Below are positions 7,536-15,017 of a DNA stretch of 64,000 nucleotides, one piece after another. This DNA is from a virus (Duplodnaviria > Caudoviricetes), in IMG/VR virus record IMGVR_UViG_3300032290_001086; one strand, 5' to 3'. A program made the translations under genes and the position numbers. Every line of letters begins with the position of its first letter. Position 1 is the first letter of the stretch. Under the pieces are notes generated by a model. The model was not told where the DNA came from and did no database searches. It was given only the letters and a program-made list of their open reading frames with translations.

Positions 7536-7678
7536 CTTAAAAAATACCCTGGTGGAGTCAATATGACCCAAATAGTCCTCGTCGGATTGGACATAAAATA
7601 TGCCGACTGGTGCGGATGTGGAGGATACTCCCGCCGAGTTTCCAATTTTCTCGTAATCAAAATTGGTGGCGAGCCTGC
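7522..7678 (+). ncRNA. manA-like RNA motif (three pseudoknot + UGGYG modules)
   Basis: Repeated pseudoknots each followed by TGGYG; resembles the cyanophage manA motif as recalled, not searched. Confidence 0.65.
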
Positions 7679-7687
7679 AAATGGGGG

Positions 7688-7716
7688 TTGACAATCTCCA
7701 ACAAATGCCCTATACT
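7688..7716 (+). promoter_or_regulatory. Sigma70-type promoter (late TATAAATA also at 7755-7762)
   Basis: TTGACA-17 bp-TATACT. Confidence 0.8.
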
Positions 7717-7788
7717 GGGTGAGTGAAACCGAACTATGTTACGGTTTCCAACAATATAAATAAAATCTGTAGTTAATCATTTAAAATT

Positions 7789-8667
7789 ATGATGATTCGT
7801 TCATTTCTAACTGCTGGTGTAGTTGCTGCTTCTATTGCAGCTCCTGCGATGGCACAAGTCACCAGTGTATCCCAACTGCGTGATGTACAGCCAACCGAAT
7901 GGTCATACCAGGCTATTTCAAACCTAGTATCTCGTTATGGTTGTGTTGCTGGTTTCCCAGATGGTACTTTCCGTCCTGGTGAACCTGCTACTCGTGCTCA
8001 ACTTGCGGCTCTTACAAATGCTTGTCTAGACCGTATTACTGAGTTCCAAACTGCTGCTGATGCACAACTAGCTGCTGCTCTACGTGCAGAGTTTGCAAAA
8101 GAACTAGGTGCAACTAATGCTCGTGTATCTGCACTAGAAGTTGCTGCTGCTCAGAAAGCACAGGGCGTAGGTAACTACGTTGGTCTTGGTGTTCTTCTGA
8201 ACAAGCAAGGTGTTGATGGTGGTGGTTATACTGAGAATCGTACTATTTCTGGTGCTACTCTTCAAGCACGTTATGCTGTGAAGAACTTCCGTAACCAGAA
8301 TGCAGTTTCAGTTCGTCCTTACCTAAATGCAGTTGCTGGTCCTAACAGCGACATCGGCACTGCTGGTGGTGCTCTAGTTTCTTATGACTGGTCTATTGCT
8401 CGCAAGGCTGGTGTAAGTGCTGCTAACATCTATGGTGGTGTTGGTTATCAAGTTCCTTTCTCTAACGATACACAGGCTAACTATCAGTCTGCTGTTGGTG
8501 AAAAAGGTCAAGTTGTTCTAGCTCTTGGTGTGGAAGGTCGTATTACTAACTCACTAGTGGGTTTTGCTGACCTAAAGTTCCCTACCACAAATGCTGGTAA
8601 TGCTTATGGTGGCAGTGATGCTGCTTACAGTCCTGTGTTTACTACTGGTCTGGGTTTCAAGTTCTGA
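7789..8667 (+). CDS. SLH-domain outer-membrane beta-barrel protein (Som/iron-uptake porin-like N-terminus)
   Basis: Signal peptide, VTSVSQLRDVQPTEWSYQAISNLVSRYGCVAGFPDGTFRP, C-terminal GLGFKF beta-signal. Confidence 0.85.
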   Translation: MMIRSFLTAGVVAASIAAPAMAQVTSVSQLRDVQPTEWSYQAISNLVSRYGCVAGFPDGTFRPGEPATRAQLAALTNACLDRITEFQTAADAQLAAALRAEFAKELGATNARVSALEVAAAQKAQGVGNYVGLGVLLNKQGVDGGGYTENRTISGATLQARYAVKNFRNQNAVSVRPYLNAVAGPNSDIGTAGGALVSYDWSIARKAGVSAANIYGGVGYQVPFSNDTQANYQSAVGEKGQVVLALGVEGRITNSLVGFADLKFPTTNAGNAYGGSDAAYSPVFTTGLGFKF

Positions 8668-8680
8668 TTTTCTGACATTC

Positions 8681-8714
8681 GGGGGTTGACAAAACCCCTT
8701 TTTTCATATATAAT
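8681..8714 (+). terminator. Terminator overlapping a sigma70 promoter
   Basis: GGGGTT-gacaa-AACCCC + T-run; TTGACA(8686)-17 bp-TATAAT. Confidence 0.7.
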
Positions 8715-8741
8715 ATTGTAATAATTCTTAATTAATTTATA

Positions 8742-8945
8742 ATGACTGTAACAACTAATGAGTATGGCCAGCAGAACATGTGGCCTAAAGAACCTGAAAT
8801 GGTTTATCAAGAATACAATCGTAAGGGTCTTATGACTCCTATGCAAACTACGGAGATGTATAATGGACGCTGGGCTATGGTCGGTATTATTGCTGGGCTC
8901 ATTTCTTATACTGTCTCTGGTAAACTCTTCTTCTTCATCTTCTGA
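8742..8945 (+). CDS. hli: High-light-inducible protein
   Basis: EMYNGRWAMVG chlorophyll-binding motif; MTVTTNEYGQQNM N-terminus. Confidence 0.9.
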   Translation: MTVTTNEYGQQNMWPKEPEMVYQEYNRKGLMTPMQTTEMYNGRWAMVGIIAGLISYTVSGKLFFFIF

Positions 8946-8958
8946 CAAATGATTGACA

Positions 8959-9045
8959 ATGCCTGAACTTTTATTTACAATTACAGGAGTCAGCTTCTTA
9001 GTGTTGCTGGCATATTCCGTAGAAAAAATTTGTGAGACTTATTGA
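8959..9045 (+). CDS. Small membrane protein (28 aa)
   Basis: [28 protein letters not shown]; stop overlaps the petF start. Confidence 0.45.
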   Translation: MPELLFTITGVSFLVLLAYSVEKICETY

Positions 9046-9338
9046 TGGCTACTTACAACGTTACACTTCAATCCCCTGACGGCACAGAAAATACTTTCAC
9101 TTGTGCTGATGACCAATACATTCTTGAAGCTGCTGATGAGGCTGGCATCGACCTTCCCTCATCCTGTCGTGCTGGTGCTTGTTCTGCTTGTGCTGGAAAA
9201 CTACTTAGCGGTACAGTAGATAATGAAGAACAATCTTTCCTTGATGATGAACAACTTGAAGCTGGTTGGGTTCTTACTTGCGTAGCATATCCAACTAGTG
9301 ATTGTACAATTTTAACCGAACAAGAAGAAAATCTTTAA
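9045..9338 (+). CDS. petF: Plant-type [2Fe-2S] ferredoxin
   Basis: [13 protein letters not shown]...VLTCVAYP. Confidence 0.97.
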   Translation: MATYNVTLQSPDGTENTFTCADDQYILEAADEAGIDLPSSCRAGACSACAGKLLSGTVDNEEQSFLDDEQLEAGWVLTCVAYPTSDCTILTEQEENL

Positions 9339-9353
9339 TTTAGGAGAACTATT

Positions 9354-9473
9354 ATGAAATTTGGATTTACCCCTGAAGCTGAAATTCTAAATGCTCGTCT
9401 AGCAATGTTAGGATTTGTAGTTGCAATCGGCACTTACTTTACTACAGGACAAATTATTCCTGGAGTTTGGTGA
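9354..9473 (+). CDS. hli: High-light-inducible protein (39 aa, below the ORF-track cutoff)
   Basis: MKFGFTPEAEILNARLAMLGFVVAIGTYFTTGQIIPGVW; AGGAG SD. Confidence 0.9.
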   Translation: MKFGFTPEAEILNARLAMLGFVVAIGTYFTTGQIIPGVW

Positions 9474-9486
9474 ACTGAATAAATAC

Positions 9487-9511
9487 AGGAGGTTCAATAC
9501 CTCCTTTTTTT
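9487..9511 (+). terminator. Intrinsic terminator
   Basis: AGGAGGT-tcaat-ACCTCCT + T-run. Confidence 0.8.
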
Positions 9512-10144
9512 ATGTCTATAAAATTAACTGATGCTGCGAAACACACTGAAGGATATATGCATCAAATGGATGCATGGGAATATCTCCAGCAAAATACTCC
9601 ACCTAAAGTATTAGAAGAATTTGCAAAGCGATTTAGAAATGAATATAAATCTGTAGATTCTAGTGTAATTCCTCAAGCTGGAGTCAGATTAATTAAAGAA
9701 TTTGAAGGTTGTCATTTAAGTGCATATTACGACCCTCTTACTGGGGGACTTCCTATTACAATTGGTTGGGGAAGTACGAAAGATTTAAATGGTAAACCGT
9801 TTAAAATTACAGACAAAATTACTCAACAGCAAGCAGACCAACTGTTTGAATATCAATTAAGAAATCAATATCTTTCTCCACTTACTAAAATTCCATATTG
9901 GAATGAAATGAATGAAGAAATGCGTGGTGCATTACTTTCATTTGTATATAATCTTGGTGCTAACTTTTATGGCTCAGATGGATTTGGTACAATCACCAAA
10001 GTATTAAAAGATAAATCTTGGCACATGGTTCCTGAAGCACTTTATCGTTATCGCAATCCAGGATCCAGTGTAGAGAAAGGACTTGCTAGAAGACGTAGAG
10101 CTGAAGGTGCTTTATGGGAAACAGGATTATCTAAGATAAAATAA
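9512..10144 (+). CDS. GH24 phage lysozyme (endolysin)
   Basis: LIKEFEG..AYYD..TIGWG..GLARRRRAE. Confidence 0.9.
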   Translation: MSIKLTDAAKHTEGYMHQMDAWEYLQQNTPPKVLEEFAKRFRNEYKSVDSSVIPQAGVRLIKEFEGCHLSAYYDPLTGGLPITIGWGSTKDLNGKPFKITDKITQQQADQLFEYQLRNQYLSPLTKIPYWNEMNEEMRGALLSFVYNLGANFYGSDGFGTITKVLKDKSWHMVPEALYRYRNPGSSVEKGLARRRRAEGALWETGLSKIK

Positions 10145-10291
10145 TTTTCTTCCTTTTTTTGCTGGTCTTTTTATAAAACGAATAACCTCTGTCGATTGTT
10201 TTTTCGGTAGAGGTCTTCTATTTTCTAGAAATATTCCATCATTTGTTATAAGCCTTATGAGTATTAATAACTCAATGGTGATTATTTTCAT
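10127..10291 (-). CDS. Small basic hypothetical protein (54 aa)
   Basis: MKIITIELLILIRLITNDG...; part of a minus-strand micro-operon. Confidence 0.4.
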   Translation of the reverse strand: MKIITIELLILIRLITNDGIFLENRRPLPKKQSTEVIRFIKRPAKKGRKLFYLR

Positions 10292-10397
10292 CCTTACTTT
10301 CTAAGTAGTCTAGCATCATAATATAGACTATACAACCTATTGTTCCTAATAAAACTATTCCTAGTCCTATTGCAACTCCCCATGGAAATTGATTCAT
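10272..10397 (-). CDS. Small single-TM protein (41 aa)
   Basis: MNQFPWGVAIGLGIVLLGTIGCIVYIMMLD; ATGA overlap with the upstream gene. Confidence 0.5.
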   Translation of the reverse strand: MNQFPWGVAIGLGIVLLGTIGCIVYIMMLDYLESKDENNHH

Positions 10398-10594
10398 TTT
10401 TTTTCTACTGCGTCGAGAATTCTATCCAATTTTCTTTCTTGTTCTTCTTTTACTTCCTGAAGAGTCTTTTCAATTTGAATAATTTTTTGCTCTTGGATAG
10501 TAGTCTTTTGTTGTAGCCCCCAGAAACTGGTAAATCCACCAATAATTGCAGCACCTAATAGTGAAGTTGCGATAGTTCCCATATTAAGTTCCAT
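10394..10594 (-). CDS. TM + coiled-coil protein (holin-like candidate)
   Basis: N-terminal hydrophobic helix followed by a coiled coil. Confidence 0.5.
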   Translation of the reverse strand: MELNMGTIATSLLGAAIIGGFTSFWGLQQKTTIQEQKIIQIEKTLQEVKEEQERKLDRILDAVEKK

Positions 10595-10796
10595 TGTTTG
10601 ATTTACTTTCTTCTTTATGTATCCAAGTTTTTAATTCGTGTAAATATTCTCTGAGAATATTTGCTTTTTGTTGATGCCACACATCACCAGTTTTCAAAAA
10701 TATTCTAGTGTGATTATCTATAGCTTTTAATGTATTGTGGATGGGAGCATTCCAAGGTTCTCTTATAGGAGTATTAAATGTCCTTCTCTCGTCCAT
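10584..10796 (-). CDS. Hypothetical cyanophage protein
   Basis: NTPIREPWNAPIH...AIDNH motif. Confidence 0.65.
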   Translation of the reverse strand: MDERRTFNTPIREPWNAPIHNTLKAIDNHTRIFLKTGDVWHQQKANILREYLHELKTWIHKEESKSNNGT

Positions 10797-10956
10797 GTAA
10801 GTTCTGCTCCATGTAGGTATATAATTTTTCTTTCAGCTCACCAAATACATCCCACATTTCGTCAGACCCAGTTTTTTCTTGGTACGCATTACATGCTAAA
10901 ATTAAATAATCAATATCTGTTGAGTTAAGTCTGTACATAGATCTTTTCCAACTCAA
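10774..10956 (-). CDS. Hypothetical protein
   Basis: ORF; CTAAATA late-type promoter upstream on the minus strand. Confidence 0.55.
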   Translation of the reverse strand: MSWKRSMYRLNSTDIDYLILACNAYQEKTGSDEMWDVFGELKEKLYTYMEQNLHGREKDI

Positions 10957-10976
10957 TTATATTTAGGCAAACCCCC

Positions 10977-11040
10977 TTGACAGCCTTTGTAATCTATGCT
11001 ACTATAAATAAATGTTAAGGGATGGAAACATTCCTTAACA
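10977..11040 (+). promoter_or_regulatory. psbA dual early/late promoter and 5' hairpin
   Basis: TTGACA-17 bp-TACTAT overlapping TATAAATA; TGTTAAGGGATG-gaaa-CATTCCTTAACA. Confidence 0.8.
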
Positions 11041-11073
11041 AACATTCATAAACTCTTACGAACTTTTAAAACT

Positions 11074-12875
11074 ATGACTGCTACCATCGCTCAACGCAAT
11101 GGAAGTAATACATGGGAACAGTTCTGTGAGTGGGTAACATCTACCAACAACCGTCTGTATGTCGGTTGGTTTGGAACTCTTATGATTCCTACCCTTCTCG
11201 CTGCTACTATCTGTTTCATCGTTGCTTTCATTGCTGCTCCTCCCGTAGACATACTGCTTTAATCTGTGTCCTTCATCCGTAAGGATGATGTTAAAACTGG
11301 GTGAATTGCTGGAAACCGAAAGGCAATCAGCAGCCAAGTCCAAAGTACACTTTGGAAAGGTTCAGAGACTACCTGAGGGGTTTAGTCCCCTTAATAACAG
11401 GCTAGAGTGCCCAGCCCCTTTAATCTAATTAAAGGGTGAAGATATAGTCCAAATCTCACAGTTGACTTTTATTCGCACTTGTTGTATAAATATAACAGTA
11501 GGTGCGAAAACAAAATGCTCGATTTAACGGAATCACAAATTACTTGGATTGCGGGAATTTTAGAAGGTGAAGGATACTTTGGAATAGATAATCGTTCTAA
11601 AGACCGTTATGACTCTTCTAAAGCACCACCAGCACCATATATTCGTCTTGTTATGACTGATGAAGATGTGGTTGCTAAACTAAGTAATTTTGTAGACAAA
11701 CCCTATTTTGTACCCAATAGAAAAACACTCAAAGGAAAACCAGTCTATGTCCTTCATATAGGAAATAGAGAAAAAGTTCTTTTCATTTTGGAAAAAATAC
11801 TTCCCCATATGGGAAATAGAAGAAGTGAAAGAATTAAAGAATGTATTTCTTATATTAATGAGTGGAAAGAGTGGGTAGAAAATGGTGGGAGAGTAGAAAA
11901 CGCAAAACGAGCAAATCAAATAGGTCAACTGAAACGGTCTAAGTCGCAAGATATGACTGTTTTACTGGGATAAGAGACGGGATTCGTGAACCAGTTGCTG
12001 GTTCTCTAATGTACGGAAACAACATCATTTCTGGTGCTGTTGTTCCTTCTAGCAATGCTATCGGTCTGCACTTCTATCCCATCTGGGAAGCCAACTCGCT
12101 TGACGAATGGCTATATAATGGTGGACCATTCCAATTGGTCGTATTCCACTTTCTAATTGGTATCTATGCCTACATGGGTCGTGAATGGGAACTTTCTTAC
12201 CGTCTTGGTATGCGTCCCTGGATTTGCGTTGCTTACTCTGCTCCTGTTGCTGCTGCTTCTGCGGTCTTCCTTGTATATCCTTTCGGTCAAGGTTCCTTCT
12301 CTGATGCAATGCCTCTTGGAATCTCAGGAACGTTTAACTACATGCTCGTCTTCCAAGCAGAACACAACATTCTTATGCATCCGTTCCATATGCTTGGGGT
12401 TGCTGGGGTATTTGGTGGCTCTCTCTTTAGTGCTATGCACGGAAGTCTGGTTACGAGTAGCCTTGTTCGTGAAACCACAGAAGTAGAATCTCAGAACTAC
12501 GGCTACAAGTTCGGTCAAGAAGAAGAGACTTATAACATCGTTGCTGCTCACGGTTATTTTGGTCGCCTTATTTTCCAATATGCTTCCTTTAATAACTCAC
12601 GTTCGCTGCACTTCTTCCTTGCTGCTTGGCCTGTAGTTGGTATCTGGTTTACTGCTCTTGGTGTTAGCACCATGGCATTCAACCTCAATGGTTTCAACTT
12701 TAACCAGTCGATTACCGATAGTCAGAATCGTGTCATCCCCACCTGGGCAGACATTCTGAATCGTGGTGGTCTTGGAATGGAAGTGATGCATGAGCGAAAC
12801 GCTCACAACTTCCCCCTCGACCTGGCTGCTGCTGAGATGACTCCTGTTGCTCTTACTGCACCAGCCATCGGCTGA
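11074..12875 (+). CDS. psbA: Photosystem II D1 protein, spliced: exon 1 11074-11252, exon 2 11975-12875 (359 aa)
   Basis: Joining GAC AT|A GAC GGG restores PPVDIDGIREP; 179+901 = 1080 nt. Confidence 0.97.
11253..11974 (+). mobile_element. Group I intron in psbA (after nt 179)
   Basis: P1 GACAU/GUGUC with U-G at the splice site; P AATTGCTGGAAA, Q AATCAGCAGC, R GTTCAGAGACTA, S AAGATATAGTCC; terminal G at 11974. Confidence 0.95.
11515..11973 (+). CDS. Intron-encoded single-motif LAGLIDADG homing endonuclease
   Basis: [12 protein letters not shown] motif; ATG at 11515; stop immediately before the terminal G. Confidence 0.85.
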   Translation: MLDLTESQITWIAGILEGEGYFGIDNRSKDRYDSSKAPPAPYIRLVMTDEDVVAKLSNFVDKPYFVPNRKTLKGKPVYVLHIGNREKVLFILEKILPHMGNRRSERIKECISYINEWKEWVENGGRVENAKRANQIGQLKRSKSQDMTVLLG

Positions 12876-12880
12876 GGTAC

Positions 12881-12925
12881 TTGACAAATCTTTCCGAACC
12901 ACCTACAATACGTAGGTGGTTTTTT
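12881..12925 (+). terminator. psbA terminator overlapping a sigma70 promoter
   Basis: AACCACCTAC-aatac-GTAGGTGGTT + T-run; TTGACA-17 bp-TACAAT. Confidence 0.75.
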
Positions 12926-12945
12926 ATTATCTATGAATAAACATA

Positions 12946-13344
12946 ATGCAAATTAATTTTCAATCTCAAAGTAAAAAAACTGGAATGGAATTTGAAAATC
13001 TTGTAGAAGAACATTTACGAGATTCCAGAAAATCAGTTCTACATAAAAATTTTAAATTTGATTCAATTGGAATAGATGTTGACTTCGTAGCAACAGATGG
13101 TCTAATAACTGAATACATCGAGGTAAAAGGTGGACTTTCTGGAGATAAAAAGAGACCAGGAGCCCAACGTACAGACAGTGTTAAAAAAGCTATCGCAAAT
13201 GGAGCTTTATTAAAGTCTATGAAACCTGATGCATACTTTGTAATTTATTTTTCTGCGAGACCAAAACCAGGAAGTTCTTCTGATTTGATGTTACAGAATG
13301 CATTAGATGCAGGATTTGTAGATGACATTCGTTATTTGACTTGA
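12946..13344 (+). CDS. PD-(D/E)XK (restriction endonuclease-like) nuclease
   Basis: GMEFE...IDVDF...IEVKGG. Confidence 0.7.
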   Translation: MQINFQSQSKKTGMEFENLVEEHLRDSRKSVLHKNFKFDSIGIDVDFVATDGLITEYIEVKGGLSGDKKRPGAQRTDSVKKAIANGALLKSMKPDAYFVIYFSARPKPGSSSDLMLQNALDAGFVDDIRYLT

Positions 13345-13392
13345 CAAATTTTTAATCCTGTGCTAAGATTCAATTGCGTTAATACATAACAC

Positions 13393-13614
13393 ATGGAAGA
13401 ACAAATTGTAGATATTGATGCTTCTGTCGTATCTGAAGAACAAGAATTAAATTTAGAACCTCCAGTGAAAACTAAAGAGGAAGCTAGAATTGATATGCAA
13501 CGAATGAAACAATTAAATAGAGAACTTAAAAAAATTAAACGATATATGAGAAGTCCTATTCACCTTGTTCGGAAAATGGATGCCGAACAAAAAATGAAAG
13601 ATTTACCTCAGTAA
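13393..13614 (+). CDS. Hypothetical protein
   Basis: ORF with a TTGACA..TAAGAT promoter upstream. Confidence 0.6.
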   Translation: MEEQIVDIDASVVSEEQELNLEPPVKTKEEARIDMQRMKQLNRELKKIKRYMRSPIHLVRKMDAEQKMKDLPQ

Positions 13615-13684
13615 TTATTACTTAAATTATTCTTAAGGTTCTAATTTCTATATATAAATTAGAACCTATTATTTTTTCATCATC

Positions 13685-14062
13685 ATGCCTTATAAAAATA
13701 AAGAACAGCAACGAGAAGCCCAGAAACGGTGGGCACAAAAACAATCGGATGAGTTCAAAAAAATTAAATATCAACGTGAATACGATAACAAAAAATTAAT
13801 GGTAGAAAAACTTAATAATTTTAAGCTTGAAAAGGGTTGCTGTGAATTGTGTGGAGAGTCTCATCCTGCTTGCTGTTTTGACTTTCACCATGTAAATGAA
13901 CTAAATAAAAAAACAGAGGTGTCAAAGCTTGCCTCTAAAGGATATAAGTGGAAAACTATTCAAGAAGAAATTGACAAATGTATTATGCTTTGTGCCCTTT
14001 GTCATAGAAAAATTCATGCTGGATTATTAGTATTAATGGAGAATAGCACCGATGGTCGGTAA
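13685..14062 (+). CDS. HNH homing-type endonuclease
   Basis: CELCGESH..FDFHH..LCALCHRKIH. Confidence 0.8.
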   Translation: MPYKNKEQQREAQKRWAQKQSDEFKKIKYQREYDNKKLMVEKLNNFKLEKGCCELCGESHPACCFDFHHVNELNKKTEVSKLASKGYKWKTIQEEIDKCIMLCALCHRKIHAGLLVLMENSTDGR

Positions 14063-14120
14063 ATCGTCTTGAAAACGATGCCAGGTTAATAGCCTGATAG
14101 TTCGATTCTATTATTCTCCG
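14038..14120 (+). tRNA. tRNA-Ser(TGA), 8/4-type non-canonical fold
   Basis: GGAGAATA/TATTCTCC acceptor, ACCGA/TCGGT D-stem, loop CTTGAAA, long V-arm, G73. Confidence 0.85.
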
Positions 14121-14138
14121 CTTGTTCATACTTTAATT

Positions 14139-14294
14139 ATGGATGAAAAATTTTACAAAGAATTCTGCGAAAGAATTCAACATAGTATGCAAATTTCAAT
14201 TAAACATGGACACAATGAATATGCACTAGGACTTAGAAAGTCTATGGTAATTGTTAATGAATTGAGACATAAGTATCATAATGATACTAAATAA
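14139..14294 (+). CDS. Small hypothetical protein (51 aa)
   Basis: MDEKFYKEFCERIQHS... Confidence 0.5.
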   Translation: MDEKFYKEFCERIQHSMQISIKHGHNEYALGLRKSMVIVNELRHKYHNDTK

Positions 14295-14318
14295 TAACAC
14301 TCTATCAAAAATACTATT

Positions 14319-14510
14319 ATGAAGCAATGCCCTGCATGTAAAGTAGTTATTGAAGATGGAGTAGCAAAATTTTCACATGGAAAACCTGGAGATTTAGAAT
14401 TTCTTGCAAAAAGAGTTTGTCAGTACAGAAAAGTAGATGCTCCTTGTATAAATCCATGTTATAATGAAGAACAAGAATATCCACCTGGATATGAAGATTT
14501 AATTTTTTAA
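14319..14510 (+). CDS. Cys-rich hypothetical protein
   Basis: CPAC...RVCQY...CINP. Confidence 0.6.
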   Translation: MKQCPACKVVIEDGVAKFSHGKPGDLEFLAKRVCQYRKVDAPCINPCYNEEQEYPPGYEDLIF

Positions 14511-14520
14511 AAAACACAGT

Positions 14521-14715
14521 ATGACAACTAATCAAGAAAAAACTGAAGAACTTGAAATTGAACTAGATGATAATACTGCTGCTATTGTACATCTTATGGC
14601 AGAGGAACGTGGTATTACAGTAGAAGAATTAATCCAACAGGTTTTGGATGACGCCATTCAAAATGGATATTTTAATGATACAAATAATATTACAGTGGAT
14701 GACCCACTAGACTAA
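14521..14715 (+). CDS. Hypothetical protein, ribbon-helix-helix-like
   Basis: LEIELDD..MAEERGITVEELIQQVL. Confidence 0.5.
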   Translation: MTTNQEKTEELEIELDDNTAAIVHLMAEERGITVEELIQQVLDDAIQNGYFNDTNNITVDDPLD

Positions 14716-14875
14716 TGAATCTTTACTTTTATTTTTTAGTTACTGTAGCTTTAATCTGTTATCTTTGTGTTATAGATTCAAATGTAACAGATTGGATTAA
14801 TATTAAAATTAATCATTTTTTAGTTTATCTTCAACTTCAATATATAAAAATGAAGTGGAAGTTTAAACGTTTCTA

Positions 14876-14957
14876 GGGTAGGTGTCCGAGTGGTTAATGG
14901 AGGTGGACTGTAAATCCACTGGCTCTGCCTACGGGGGTTCAAATCCCTCCCTGCCCA
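14876..14957 (+). tRNA. tRNA-Tyr(GTA)
   Basis: Loop CTGTAAA, long V-arm. Confidence 0.95.
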
Positions 14958-15017
14958 TCTCTTGATTTTTTCTTTGCCGTGTGCTATGATATGCAGGCAT
15001 AGAAATCTCATACCAAA

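Noticed and set aside
7570-7610. HDV-like (theta) ribozyme suggested by TCCTCG
   Set aside because: P1/P2/P3 could not be built, it is not at a tRNA 3' end, and the pseudoknot-module reading fits better
11074-11262. psbA pseudogene or truncated D1
   Set aside because: Explained by a group I intron that restores the frame exactly
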